This document shows, piece after piece, positions 24,740-36,789 of a stretch of 64,000 nt of DNA. A program made the translations under genes and the position numbers. This DNA comes from Stegostoma tigrinum (Eukaryota): NCBI RefSeq assembly GCF_030684315.1, contig NC_081396.1:1674001-1738000 (forward strand), in the 5' to 3' direction. Below the pieces are notes generated by a model. That model ran no database searches and had not been told where the DNA came from. It saw only the letters and a list, made by a program, of their open reading frames with translations. How positions within the stretch are numbered: the stretch's first letter is position 1; every line of letters begins with the position of its first letter.

Positions 24740-25010
24740 GTACTATTCACTTTCGTTACCCTATGTTGTGACTGGTCTATGGCTTCTGGTGACGCCATGT
24801 AGACAGCCTCTCAGTTTATAATCTATATGTGGTACTTAATACTAATTTCATCATGTTGAAGTTCCAGAGACTGCTTTCCCGGAGCTGATTTGGCAATCAA
24901 GCTATGAGGAAAAAAGTTAATGATTTCTTCTGAAGGAGTTAGTTTAACGACAAGATGAATTTCGTGATGAATCTTCTGGAACTCTATATTCTGCAGTGTG
25001 TGCTCTCTGC
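24740..25010 (+). pseudogene. Possible highly decayed TCR V relic
   Basis: Only fragments: TASQFIIYMWY and 'ctggaactctatattctgcagtgtgtgctctc' (LEL.DSAV..CAL-like). No RSS. Confidence 0.25.
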
Positions 25011-25192
25011 CAGTCCTGGAAGCAGTTCTGTGTCAGATTGATTAGACGTTAATTTGGTTTCATCTCGACCCTGTCGTTCAACCCTTCACAGCGTATTTCA
25101 TTTAATTAGTTGCATTTATTTTTCTGAATCTACTAATATTGTTAAATCGCAAAATTCTCGTGAGGAATAAAACTGACGGTAAGGCAATATTT

Positions 25193-28100
25193 CATAGAAC
25201 ATAGAATATTACAGCACAGTACAGGCCCTCCGGCCCTCGATGTTGTGCCGACCTGTCATAACGATTTCAAGCCCATTTAACCTACACTATTCCATGTACG
25301 TCCATATGCTTGTCCAATGACGACTTAAATGTAACTAAAGTTGGCGAATCTACTACCGTTGCAGGCAAAGCGTTCCATTCCCTTACTACTCTCTGAGTAA
25401 AGAAAAGTACTCTGACATCTGTCCTATATCTTTCACCCCTCAATTTAAAGCTATGCCCCCTCGTGCTCGCCGTCACCATCCTAGGAAAAAGGCTCTCCCT
25501 ATCCACCCAATCTAACAATCTGATTATTTTATATGTTTAAATTAAGTCACCTCTCAACCTTCTTCTCTCTAATGAAAACTGCCTCAAGTCCCTCAGCCTT
25601 TCCTCGTAAGACCTTCCCTCCATACCATTCAACATCCTAGTAAATCTCCTCTGCACCCATTCCAAAGCTTCCACATCCTTCTTATAATGCGGTGACCAGA
25701 GCTGTCCACAATACTCCAAGTGCGGCCGCACCAGAGTTTTGTACAGCTTCACCATAACCTCTTGGTTCCGGAAGTCGATCCCTCTATTAATAAAAGCTAA
25801 AACACTGTACGCCTTCTTAACAGCCCTGTCAACTTGGGTGGCAACTTTCAAGGATCTGTGTACATGGACACCGAGATCTCTCTGCACATCTACACTACCA
25901 AGAATCTTACCATTAGCCCTGTACTTTGTCTTCCAGTTACTCCTACCAAAATACATCACCTCACCCTCGTCTGCATTAAACTCAATTTGCCACCTCTCAG
26001 CCCAGCTCTGCAGGTTATCTATGTCTCTCTGCAACCTACAGCATCCTTCGTCACTATCCACAACTCCACCGACCTTAGTGTCGTCTGCAAATTTACTAAC
26101 CCATCCTTCTACGCCCTCATCCAGATCATTTATAAAAATGACAAACAGCAGTGGACCCAACACCGACCCTTGCGGTACACCACTAGTTACTGGTCTCCAG
26201 GATGAACATTTCCCATCAACTACCACCCTCTGTCTTCTTTCAGCAAGCCAATTTCCGATCCAAACTGATATATCTCCCACAATTCCATTTCTCCGCATTT
26301 TGTACAATAGCCTATTGTGGGGAACCTTATCGAACGCCTTGCTGAAATCCATATACACCACATCAACAGGTTTACTCTCATCTACTTGTTTGGTCACCTT
26401 GTCAAAGAACTCAATAAGGTTTGTGAGGCACGACCTTCCCTTCACAAAACCGTGCTGACTATCCCTAATCAATTTATCCTTTTCCAGATGATTATAAATC
26501 CTATCTCTTATAACAATTTCCAACACTTTACCAACAAGTGAGGTAAGGCTCACTGGTCTATAATTACCAGGGTTGTCTCGACTCCCCTTCTTGAACAGGG
26601 GAACCACATTTGCTATCTTCCAGTCATCTGGCACTATTCCTGTAGACAATGACGAGTTAAAGATCAATGCCAAAGGCTCGGCAATCTCCTCCCTGGCTTC
26701 CCAGAGGATCCAAGGATAAATCCCATCCGGCCCAGGGGACTTATCTATCTTCACCTTCAGAAGGATTTTTAATACCTCTTCTGTGTGAACCTCAATCCCA
26801 CCTAGTCTAGTAGCCTGTATCTCAGTATTCTCGTCGACAACATTGTCGTTTTCTAGAATGAATACAGTTGAAAACTATTCATTTAGCGCTTCCCCTATCT
26901 CATCTGACTCCATACACAACTTACCACTACTATCCTTGATTGGGCCTTATCTTACTTTCGTCATTCTTTTATTCCTTAAATACCTATAGAAAGCCTTAGG
27001 GTTTACTCTGATCCTATCCCCCAACAACTTCTCATGTCTCCTCCTGGCTCTTCTGAGCTCTCTCTTTAGGTTTTTTTTGGCTACATCGTAGCCCTCAAGT
27101 GCCCTAAATGAGCCTTCACATCTCATCCTAACATAAGCCTTCTTCTTCCTCTTGACCAGAGATTCCACCTCCTTCATAAACCACGGCTCCCGCACTCTAC
27201 ACCTTCCTCCCTGCCTGACAGGTACATACTTATCTAGGACACACAGGAGCTTTTCCTTGAATAAGCTCCACATTTCTAATGTGCCCATCCCCTGCAGTTT
27301 CCTTCCCCATTCTATGCTCCCTGACTCTTGCCTAATCTCATCGTAATTGCCTTTCCCCCAGTTATAACTCTTGCCCAGTAGTATACACCTATCCCTTTCC
27401 ATCACTAAAGTAAACATAACAGAATTGTGATCGCTATCACCAAAGTGCTCACCTACTTCCAAATCTAACACCTGGCCGGGCTCATTACCCAGTACCAAAT
27501 CTAACGTGGCTTCGCCCCTTGTTGGTCTATCTGCATACTGTGTCTGGAAGCCCTCCTGCTCACTCTGGACAAAAGCTGACCCATCTATAGTACTCGAACT
27601 ATAGTGTTCCCAGTTAATATCTGGAAAGTTGAAGTCCCCCATGACAACTACCCTGTCTCTCTCACCCCTTCGAGAATCATCTTTGCTATCCTTTCCTCTA
27701 CATCTCTGGAACTATTCGGAGGCCTATAGAAAATTCCCAACAGGGTGACCTCTCCTTTCCTGTTTCTAACCTCAGCCCATACTACCTCAGTTGACGAGTC
27801 CCCAAACATCCTTTCTGCAACTGTAATGCTGTCCTTGACCAACAATGCCACGCCTCCACCCCTTTTACCACCTTCTCTGTTCTTACTGAAACATCTAAAT
27901 CCTGGAAGCTGCAACAACCATTCCTGTCCCTGCTCTGTCCATGTCTCTGAAATGGCCACAACATCGAAGTCCCAGGTTCCAACCCATGCTGCAAGTTCAC
28001 CCACCTTATTCCGGACGCCCCTGGCAATGAAGTAGACACACTTCCATCCAACTTCTTGCTTGCCAGTGCCATCTTGCTTCCATGAAACTTTATTTCGGAC

Positions 28101-28453
28101 CACCCGACTCTCAACATTTTCTACAGTCGAACTACAATTTTGGTGCCCATCCCCCTGCTGAATTAGTTTAAACCCACCCGAGCATCCTTAACAAATTCCC
28201 CCCCCCCCCCCCGAGGATATCGGTACCCCTTTGGTTCAATTGAAGACCATCTCGCTTGTAGAGGTCCCACCTACCCCAGAACGAGCCCCAGTTATCCACG
28301 AATCCAAAACCCTCCGTCCTGCACCATCCCTGTAGCAGCATGTTCAACTCCTCTCTCTCCCTATTCCTCGCCTCACTAGCACGTGGTATGGGCAACAAAC
28401 CAGAGACAACAACTCTGTTCGTCCTAGCTCTCAGCTTCCATCCTAGCTCGCTG
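25193..28453 (-). mobile_element. CR1 LINE, 5'-truncated, relatively young
   Basis: ORF1 C-terminal esterase-like region (28168-28467), APE endonuclease (GGGVALLVK, YRPP, MGDFN), RT (KSPGPDG, YRPVSLTS, DFSKAFDKV, GVPQGSVLGP, FADD) and a TTCTATG-type 3' tail. ORF2 is broken into several ORFs. Confidence 0.95.
25537..26754 (-). pseudogene. CR1 ORF2 reverse transcriptase domain fragment
   Basis: 405-aa ORF carrying the non-LTR RT motifs. Confidence 0.9.
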
Positions 28454-29200
28454 TTATTATAGGTCAAGCATATTCACTATCAGTGAGTAATGGCGTAAGA
28501 CATACTCATCTTGATTCATCACAAATTTTGAAACACTTAGAAATAGTGGCTAATTTCGTATTTTAGGTTTAATATTCCAAAAGTATGACCTTACACACTC
28601 GAAGGCTCATTTAAATCTAGCTCTCAGTCAGATTTGTTCCTATTTTTGTGCCGTCAGTGAATATACAAAAAATAATAGTTTGGCCTTCTCATTCAAATAT
28701 GTTAATAGATTTTGTATAACTGGGGGAACACTTCTAATTGTTTGCTTGACATGTATGTGCTGAAAAAAAATTGCCTCCCTGCACTTTATCCTACATCGAT
28801 TATTGCCTTGATAGTTAACTCATCAGATACGTGTTTCATTTTTAATAATGCATTGGTGTAGACTTGAAGTCCTCTTCTCTTGACAATCGTGCACATGAGC
28901 AACATTTGAGTCAACCAGTTCGTCTAACAATTAGAGAATGGATTAGCATGTGTCACACACCACCAAGAAAAGATGCAGTATTTGCACTTGTGACACTTTT
29001 CCATCCAATCCGACTCGATCTCACCTTCATATGATAATAAATTGCTGCGGCTATAAATCTAATTTCCTGATTGGTTTACTTTGACATGTCATTTTGAATT
29101 TAAAAGGATTCCAGAGCCTTGATCAAGTACTCAACAAATGAGCTTATCAGGTATCAAATCAACCTGGAGAGACATTCTGAATCTGGGATTGTCGCAGAAA

Positions 29201-29665
29201 ATGCTCTTCAAATTCAGCCTTTTAACTGCTCTCATCTACATGACATTCGGTAATATCTGTGTTTGTTTTATTAAAAAAACGTTTAAGAAACAGGTTTCTG
29301 AGAAATTCGTCGTTATGATCTGAATTATGCTTTTAATCTTTCAAATAGATTTGTCTCAGGAAGATACCGTGTCTCAGGCTTGGTCAGAAACAGCCTTGAA
29401 AGCAGGTCAAACCTTCACAACGCAATGCAGCTATTCAACAACACTAGACCGGTATGATCTGTACTGGTACCGAAAGTCTCCTGATGCTGCCCTGGAGATG
29501 GTAGTGTGGAGTAGTGCGAGTGGCAGTCGGGGAAAAGCAGAAAATATTGGGAATCGCTTCTCTTCCGAGTTAAACACAGCAACAAAAACATCTGTTTTAA
29601 TGATCACTGCTCTTCAGTTGAGCGATTCAGCATTGTATATTTGTGGCTTCGCTCAATCAGTTTGA
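29201..29665 (+). CDS. TCR alpha/delta V segment (leader 29201-29249, V exon 29349-29665)
   Basis: MLFKFSLLTALIYMTF|gt..99 nt..ag|DLSQEDTVSQ..QCSYSTT..LYWYRK..RFSSEL..LQLSDSALYICGF. Both canonical Cys and Trp present; followed by an RSS. Confidence 0.9.
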
Positions 29666-29704
29666 CACTGTGGTGTAACCCAGTACTGCTCTCATACAAA
29701 AACT
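29666..29704 (+). other. 23-RSS
   Basis: CACTGTG + 23 nt + ACAAAAACT. Confidence 0.92.
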
Positions 29705-29959
29705 GGCTGAGATCTGTTTTCACAGAGGTTGAATGACTTTGTAGTAGATTGTGTTTTCAGGTCAAAATTAAAATCCTGTGAACTAATCACATTTTCAGAC
29801 ATCGTAGAAGAAGGCAATGTCATCAGTGAAAATCTTTTAAAGGACTGGATAGCACGTCCGCTGCACAGTGAATTACCCAGTAATTAAGTTTCCAATTAAA
29901 TGGCTTCTGTAGGCTACCTTTCAGATTACTTATACTACCACCTCTGGCAGAGCATTACA

Positions 29960-30760
29960 TTTCACATCAATCTACGCTTTACACAAAAAAACCTTTCCTT
30001 TCCTTCGATGCTCATCCCATTCATCTTCTGCATTCCTGACCATTGCAGCTCCTTGGGAGTTTCAGGGCATATTGTAGGTTATTGTCACTCCAAGGCACTT
30101 GACACTTTCGACACTCTCCACTTCATTTCCGTTAACATCATTCGTTCTTCCTGAAATTATTTTGTTTCGTTGTCATTAAGAGTGAAGCTATTATCATTGT
30201 ATCATGACACCAAGCAATCTATTTTCTTTCTGTATTTTGACTCATTGCTGTTTTATATCTGTCATTCCACAGTGGTGTCGTCAGCAAACGTGCTGATGGC
30301 GTTTTTTTATAGAATTTAGCTGGATAGCCGTTGGTGTACAGGGAGTGCAGTAGGATGCTGAAACAATGCCTTTGCGGGGAGCCAGTGTTAAGGAATATTG
30401 TACAGGAGGTGCTCTTGTTTATCTTTGCTGGTTGTGGTCTGTGCGTCAGGAAGCTAAGGATCCAGTTGCAGAGAGTAGACCCGAGACCTAGATTGTGAAA
30501 TTTTGAAATTAGTCTGGCAGGAATTATAATGTTGAATGCGCACCTGTAGTTGATGAGTAGGAGCCTGATGTAAGTGTCATTGTTATTCAGATTTTCTAGG
30601 GATGGGAGTATGGCCAGGGAAAGGACTTCAGTAAGCTATGAGGGTTTCTCGTTAGAAAGGTTGAGAGGTAATGTATTTCAGCTATATTCAATTGCCAGGT
30701 GGTCTTTTAGGGTAGGGGTTGTGAATGCTAGGATATTTGATAACTTGTTTTTGATAATAT
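29960..30760 (-). mobile_element. Rex1/Babar-like LINE RT fragment, degenerate
   Basis: Minus strand reads LNTGSPQ..LLHSLYT..FADDTTV..NNESKYRKKIDCLVS, typical of this clade. Confidence 0.65.
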
Positions 30761-31950
30761 ATGAATCAGTGATTTTTTTTGTTTGTTTCTTGGACTACGT
30801 AGGATAGTTGCACAATTTAGATGATTATCAACGATCGTACTAAATTTGGAAAAAGATTTGAAAGTTCGATTGACCTCCCATGCTCACAGTTTTCATGTTT
30901 GTTTGAGATCAACTCTGACATCTTAACTACCTGAAATATAGGTGATCAGTTGCAAAAATACCGATATGAAATGTTTGAACTGGCATGGACTCTTTTTTCA
31001 TAGACACATGGAAACAAGTGGCGACTTCATAGAAATATTTCCAGTTACTAACTGACTCCATGAGCTGGATGTGGAGACATTTTCTTTCGAGCATGAGTCT
31101 AAAGTGAAATCACTCGCAGTGCAGAGCATAGGAGGAAGAGTATTTTTCTGGAAAGAAATGGAACTCATTGAGATGTGGAGTGAATGAAGGAGAAGCATGT
31201 TGAAGGAAGAAAGGAGTAGATACATAACCCTGAAGCCAATAGTTCACTGTAAATAGATTGGATCTAGTGGAATGGAAACATGTCTTTCCAAGTTAGAGAC
31301 CGCTAAGTATCCCAAATCCGAAAATTGGTTTTAATATGAAATTCAGTCAAATATACGGTCAGTTAACACAGGAGACAATTAGCCGATGGGTTCCAGGCAA
31401 CTAAATTTTTTCAGACATGCGGAACAGGCAGTTCCCAGCGAGTAACAGTAAAACCACAGGGGAAGCTGCACAATCGGGACAGATGTGAACCGTTAAGATA
31501 TGTTCCCACAATGATCACACCACAAGCAATGCAAAGTAAGTGTTGCAATAAAATTAAACTTCATATGAAAATTGAAATGAATATAAAATCAAAAAATGAC
31601 AAGGAAAGGGTCAAATAGAATGAAGGATAAGTAAGAGTTCCCGTGATGTCTAAAACTGACATAAAAGTTTTACAATGTATATTTGGTGTCTCTAACCCTA
31701 TAATTTCTATTTGATTTTCTCTATGGACAGAGATTGTTTACCCTCAGAAATGCGTTTTTTTCTGAAACTTTGGTGTCCCTTGTTGATGTTAGAAATCTTA
31801 TTTAGCTTTATCTTTCTACAAAGAAAGTAGACATATAAATTTCTAATCATAGAATCGGGCAACACGGGGGAGTTTTGTTGCACAAGTTCCCACTTCTGGA
31901 AGGCATTAGTTTGCTGCTTGCCCATAAATTCACATACTTTACGTGCTCAG

Positions 31951-32130
31951 AGATAATAGGAACTGCAGATGCTGGAGAATCCGACATAACAAGGGTGGAG
32001 TTGGATGAACACAGCAGGCCAAGCAGCATCTTAAGAGCAGGAAGGCGGCTGTTTCTGGCCTAGTCTTTTCTGATGAAACGTCAGGCCTGAAATGTCAACC
32101 TTTCTGCTCCTAAGCTGCCGCTTGGCTCCT
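31951..32130. mobile_element. Older copy of the Penelope-derived palindrome
   Basis: 'gataataggaactgcagatgctggagaatcc..ggatgaacacagcaggccaagcagcatc..ctgatgaa..gaaatgtc'. Confidence 0.7.
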
Positions 32131-32475
32131 TTACTTGACGTGTCGCATTGTTTATCAAACGAAAGACTGAAATTTGTTGTTGAATCCACATACACCTATG
32201 TAAAATGTAACAGACTGCATCCCTCACTGAATCATGTTACAATAACGAGGTTGTAAATTGCAAGTTGGGTCAATCAGTAAGGTTACTGAAATAATCTTGA
32301 GGTGAATGCGTTCCCTCCATAAAATGTGAACAGACAATTTCAGGAAGAAAATGTACATTCAGTTTGCTAGTGCCCCAGAGTCCACCAATCCAAAACTTTA
32401 TAGTCAGGCTTTGTACTCCCTTTTGAGCTCTCTCCAGGCTCTATATGAACGTATCTGTAATCCTCACCATGTACA

Positions 32476-32514
32476 AGTGTTTGTACAGATACGTCCATGC
32501 TCCGTATCACTGTG
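32476..32514 (-). other. 23-RSS of the supporting V-delta pseudogene
   Basis: Minus strand CACAGTG + 23 nt (atacggagcatggacgtatctgt) + ACAAACACT. Confidence 0.9.
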
Positions 32515-32820
32515 TGTACTGAACTCAACTCGGCGCACAGTAACTCACGGCAGAGTCAATCTGCTGTAGTTTATACCTCCTTAACTCGCTGATTTTTGCA
32601 ACAGGATCGATGGATGCAGACAACCTTACTTTGACATCACATTCATTATTCTCCTTTGCTGAAGTGTACTTCTGAAGCAGGTATTCAGAGTCTGATCTGG
32701 CGACTGACTGTACCTCTAAAGATCACACTGACAGAACCCTGAATATTCGCAGGTTAAGTTACATTTCAGTGACACTGGAGATCTTAAAAGCTGGACTCTG
32801 TGACACCTTGGAACAAGAAT
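32515..32820 (-). pseudogene. NAR-TCR supporting V-delta (STCR-delta V) pseudogene
   Basis: Acceptor cccacag|. DSCSKVSQSPAFK..LTCEYSGFCQ (extra CDR1 Cys)..SQSPDQT..YLLQKYTSAKENN..RLSASIDPVAKISEL..DSAVSYCA. No leader found upstream; frameshifts and stops. Confidence 0.85.
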
Positions 32821-33679
32821 CTGTGGGATAAAAAGAAATCTGTTTAGCAATGTCATATCTAGAAAACTTGTCATTGGTGTAAACGGCTGTCATTTTAAGG
32901 CATATCTCCTCATTTAGAGCAGGTTTCAAATATCTTCTGTAGAAGCAAGAAAAAAAAAACAACGTGGAGATGTTGGGATTTTTTTTTCTCTCTGTGAAAA
33001 GAGAAAGCAAATTACTCTGTTCAGGATCAAATGCCAGAATAGACTGTGGAAGAAGATGACCGAAGAGTATTTCTCAATTGGAAATTGAGAGCATGTTATG
33101 AAACTTTAAATATTATGGGATTAGGTGAAAATGAAATTTTAAAAAGCGTTCTCAATTTTAAAATACCTTGGGTAACCCATGGGTAATATCTGTTGAATAT
33201 CTGCAAACGTATTGCTTTGTAAAACACACATATTGGAAATATTTGAACAATTAATTCTCTTTCACTGAGATAATCCATTCCAGAATTAGTTGATGGAGAG
33301 AAACACCGTTGCATGTGCATATGTCTTTATTCATTTTGGAGATCTAGACACCACTGTGCAAATGTGCGCTCATTGCCCATACCTAGTTTCCCTTCAATGC
33401 GTGATGGTGAGTTGTTTACTTTAACTAATGCTGTTCATTTTGTGCTAGTCCGTCCGAAGTGCCGTTAGACAGTCATTCCCAGGATTTGATTCCGTGTCAA
33501 TGGAAGTAAGGGTCATACTTCATGTCAGGATGGTGGCCTCCTTGGAGAGGAACTTGCACTTAGTAGTTCTCCCATGTATACACTACATTTATTGTATCAC
33601 AGCCCTCATAAAGATTCAACTGAGTGAAAATTGATTCAAGGTGACAGAGGTCAAACATTCATGGAATAGAATAATAGAA

Positions 33680-34000
33680 AGATCACTGAGCAGAAGTCAA
33701 GAAGATCCGCCATCTATGTGCTGACTCTCTGAAGGAGTAAGTCACCGTTGTGGACTAACCAAAGCCTTGTACAGTTCCAAAGTAACCTCCCAACTTTTAT
33801 AAACTATTTCAAGATTAATTAAAACAAGTGTATTGTATGCTTTCTTAACCAAACTTTTAATTGATCTTTCTGCCCTTAGGGACCTGTAAACAAGCATCCC
33901 AAGATACCGATGTTCCTCTCAACTCCTTAGCGTCCTGCTATTCTTGCAGATTCCATTGTCTTGTTACTTCTTCTAAACTGCATCACCTTACGTTAAAAAC
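33680..34000 (-). mobile_element. Degenerate CR1 fragment
   Basis: 'ttgtacagttccaaagtaacctcccaactttt..gtattgtatgctttcttaacc' resembles the CR1 RT C-terminal region. Confidence 0.5.
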
Positions 34001-34601
34001 AAAATCGCGGAATGTGGGTGCTGCTGAAAAAAAATATTTCGAGTCCATAACTATTTGCCCAAATTCCAGAAAAGAGACAAACACATTCCTCTGTGCCCGG
34101 AGTCACAAGTGGACTAGACCATGTTAGGATGGCATATTCTGCTCCCTTAAATAGCATTATCAGTTTTAGACTCCATCTGCCACTGATCTGCCGATTTGAC
34201 TGAGTCGTCGATATTTTCCTGTACCTTAAGGCCTTCTGCCTCTCTACGAGTGACCCAGGCACTAATAACTGTGGTGAGTTACTGGACACCTGCTTTGACT
34301 CACACAGATAATCTCCTATTACCACATTCCGTCTGTTACCAAACAAACAAGGATCCAAGTAGACAAGCTACCCCGGATGCCATGTGCTTTCTCTGTCTTT
34401 GTCAGTCTACCGTGTTGGAGTCAGGTTTCCTTTGATTTCCTCGCACATTTGCCATTGAAGATTGGAATTCAACTCAGCCATTCCTTAAATTTCCTCCTTG
34501 ACGTCCCACAACAAGATTGAAATGACACAGGTCTCAAAAATATACTGACAGTGAATATTAATTGAGAACATCTGAAAAATGGAGCATTTGGAGTCATTCA
34601 T

Positions 34602-34688
34602 CTGTCGTGACAGACGCCAGGATCCCAGGTCCATCCACAATATCATATTACAAACGCCGTGACACTGCTCTCAGTCACCACAGACACG
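34602..34688 (-). pseudogene. NAR-TCR J pseudogene (34602-34660) with degenerate 12-RSS (34661-34688)
   Basis: YDIVDGPGILASVTT followed by a dead donor (at instead of gt). + strand GACACTG + 12 nt + ACAGACACG. Lies between the D and the supporting V. Confidence 0.55.
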
Positions 34689-35034
34689 AACTACTGGTAG
34701 TTTAATCTGCTAGACATATGTTACAAAACATTTGGTTCTGCTTGTAATTATTGGGAGGATTTCTAACAATTAAGAACATTCAAATTTTCTCAGATTCTTT
34801 TGGTTCAAACTGTTATTTATGAGACTCTGAAATAGTAACAAATGGGCACAGGAAATCAGTTGATGAGCACTTCACGGAAAGGTGCAGAAATATCATAGAG
34901 CGGTAACAGGAATAAAAGGGAATTGAGGGAAAATGTACCAAGTACATAGAAAATAATGAATACATTTTACATTCCGGGATGGCGACCAGTATTTTTATTT
35001 TCAGTTCCACTGTGGTATTTATTCAGAACCCAAC

Positions 35035-35086
35035 CACTGTGGAATCCCGAAAATTAAACACAGTGTTTCAAATTAACAGTAAAATC
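35035..35086 (-). other. D segment (core 35042-35058) between two perfect heptamers
   Basis: + strand CACTGTG-gaatcccgaaaattaaa-CACAGTG + 12 nt + AGTAAAATC. The J-side nonamer is degenerate. Confidence 0.75.
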
Positions 35087-35405
35087 TCAGATACTAGTGA
35101 GCTATATAGACAATAATTATACCATGTAGATCATGTCTTCATGTCCTGGCCCTGAGAATTGGGTCCCAATTGGTCTTCCGAACTCCTAATTGTGTTCATC
35201 ATTCCCAACCTTTACAGGCTCCAGTTACAAAAAAAAAGCATCAACAAACTTAACATGTTTGAAATTTTAGATGTTAACACCAATAATAACGTATCTTTGG
35301 AAATTGTAATTTGAAGGAAGGTATGTTGAGATGCATAACTAAGCGTTTTGTAATGATTGAAATAATTGTACTTCTCTGATTCATTCTGTAAAAATCTGCA
35401 GCGTT

Positions 35406-35913
35406 AGGTTCTGTTTTGCACAATGTATTGGCCCATCACTTTGGCTGCTGTAGTGTTAATATGCTTTACAGTAATACATGGTGGTGCCTTCAATTATTAG
35501 TCCCCACATCTGCAGTGAAACTGTCTTTTCTTTTTATTCTTCCTCACAACAAATCTCCCTCCACTGGAAATCTGTTCGCTATCTGTCAAAATCGAGACCT
35601 GTCTGAGGAGATATGCATCTTGCAAATAATGGCCCAGTTGTGACCATAATAAACACAGGAGATGATGACAGACTGACACACTGTCCTGGTCACCATTGTC
35701 GGTGTTTTTGTTACTCACTGAAATTAAACACAGGGAGTTTAATATACTGTCAGAGCAACAGCACAAAATCAAACAGTGTTAGCCCAGTGCCTATGTTCAC
35801 AAATGGCATGGTGGTGGGCAACATTTCATTGAATCAAAGCAATGTCCGTTTATTCTGTTGGTACTCACGGGGTATCCGGATGCCCAGGGTGAAAATAGCA
35901 AAAAAAATCCCAT
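35406..35913 (-). pseudogene. NAR-TCR V pseudogene (leader 35913-35869, V 35717-35444, degenerate RSS 35443-35406)
   Basis: Leader ATG..CCC|gtgagt, frameshifted in a T-run. V: VTKTPTMVTRTVCQSVIISCVY..EQISSGGRFVVRKNK..TVSLQMWGLIIEGTTMYYCKA. RSS CAAAGTG + 22 nt + ACAGAACCT. Confidence 0.82.
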
Positions 35914-36789
35914 CCTTCTGCAGCCTAGAGCTGAGAGATAATATGACGGGCAGCTGGGGACCTCTCTGAGTGACTGTACCTCAGAACTAGACTGAAATAT
36001 TCAAAATGGTCGAGTTGGTCTCTAAGGGCAGCTAATGTTAGATCATTAATGGGGGTCACATTCTAGTATCCCAGGCTTAGAGTATGTGAACATGGATGGG
36101 TTTAAAGAGCGGTCTTGCAGCTTCCTGTCCAATCATATGAACAATGATCCCGATCAAAATATTCCTTCCCATGGTAGTCAGATGTTCAGGGAATGGGTAA
36201 AAGCTTTGCTTCATCAGTGAAGGCCACCGCCTTAATTTTCAACACAGGCATCAGGCAGGATATCAATACTGGCACTTTTATTGAGTGGGGCATATCCACG
36301 GGGCGGCCCCGCCGCTCAGCTATTGTTCAAACTATTGGCAAAAGGAAACAAAATGCATTAAGCCTAAAATCTCTGTAATTTTAGTCAATGTTTCCTGCAT
36401 CATTCTCCAAAGCAAATGGCATTCAACACACTGGTGGTAATTGACACGTATTTTCCAACGAGAAATGATTGACTTCAACATTCCAATCACACAGCTGCAA
36501 TGACTGGGAACAAAGTGGAATCCCGAAAGACATTGGATATTTGGATCAGTTTTTTAAAAAAATTATTAACTCTTTGTGTTAGACTCAGCTCTCCCTGAGC
36601 TATGATAGCTATGAGCTCATATTATGTTATTGATCTACGTCTATTAAAGCTGAACTTGGCACCTTACCACAAATGGTTATTTTAGAAGACTGTACCTCAG
36701 TTTGCATTTCACCATTGGCCTTGCTACAAGGACATTAGGCTATGCCTTTGCTGGTATTAAACGAGATACCAGACATTGCCCTTGATTAC

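Noticed and set aside
25739-28117. Plus-strand and alternative-frame ORFs (239, 123, 111 and 96 aa)
   Set aside because: Antisense or shadow frames of CR1 ORF2.
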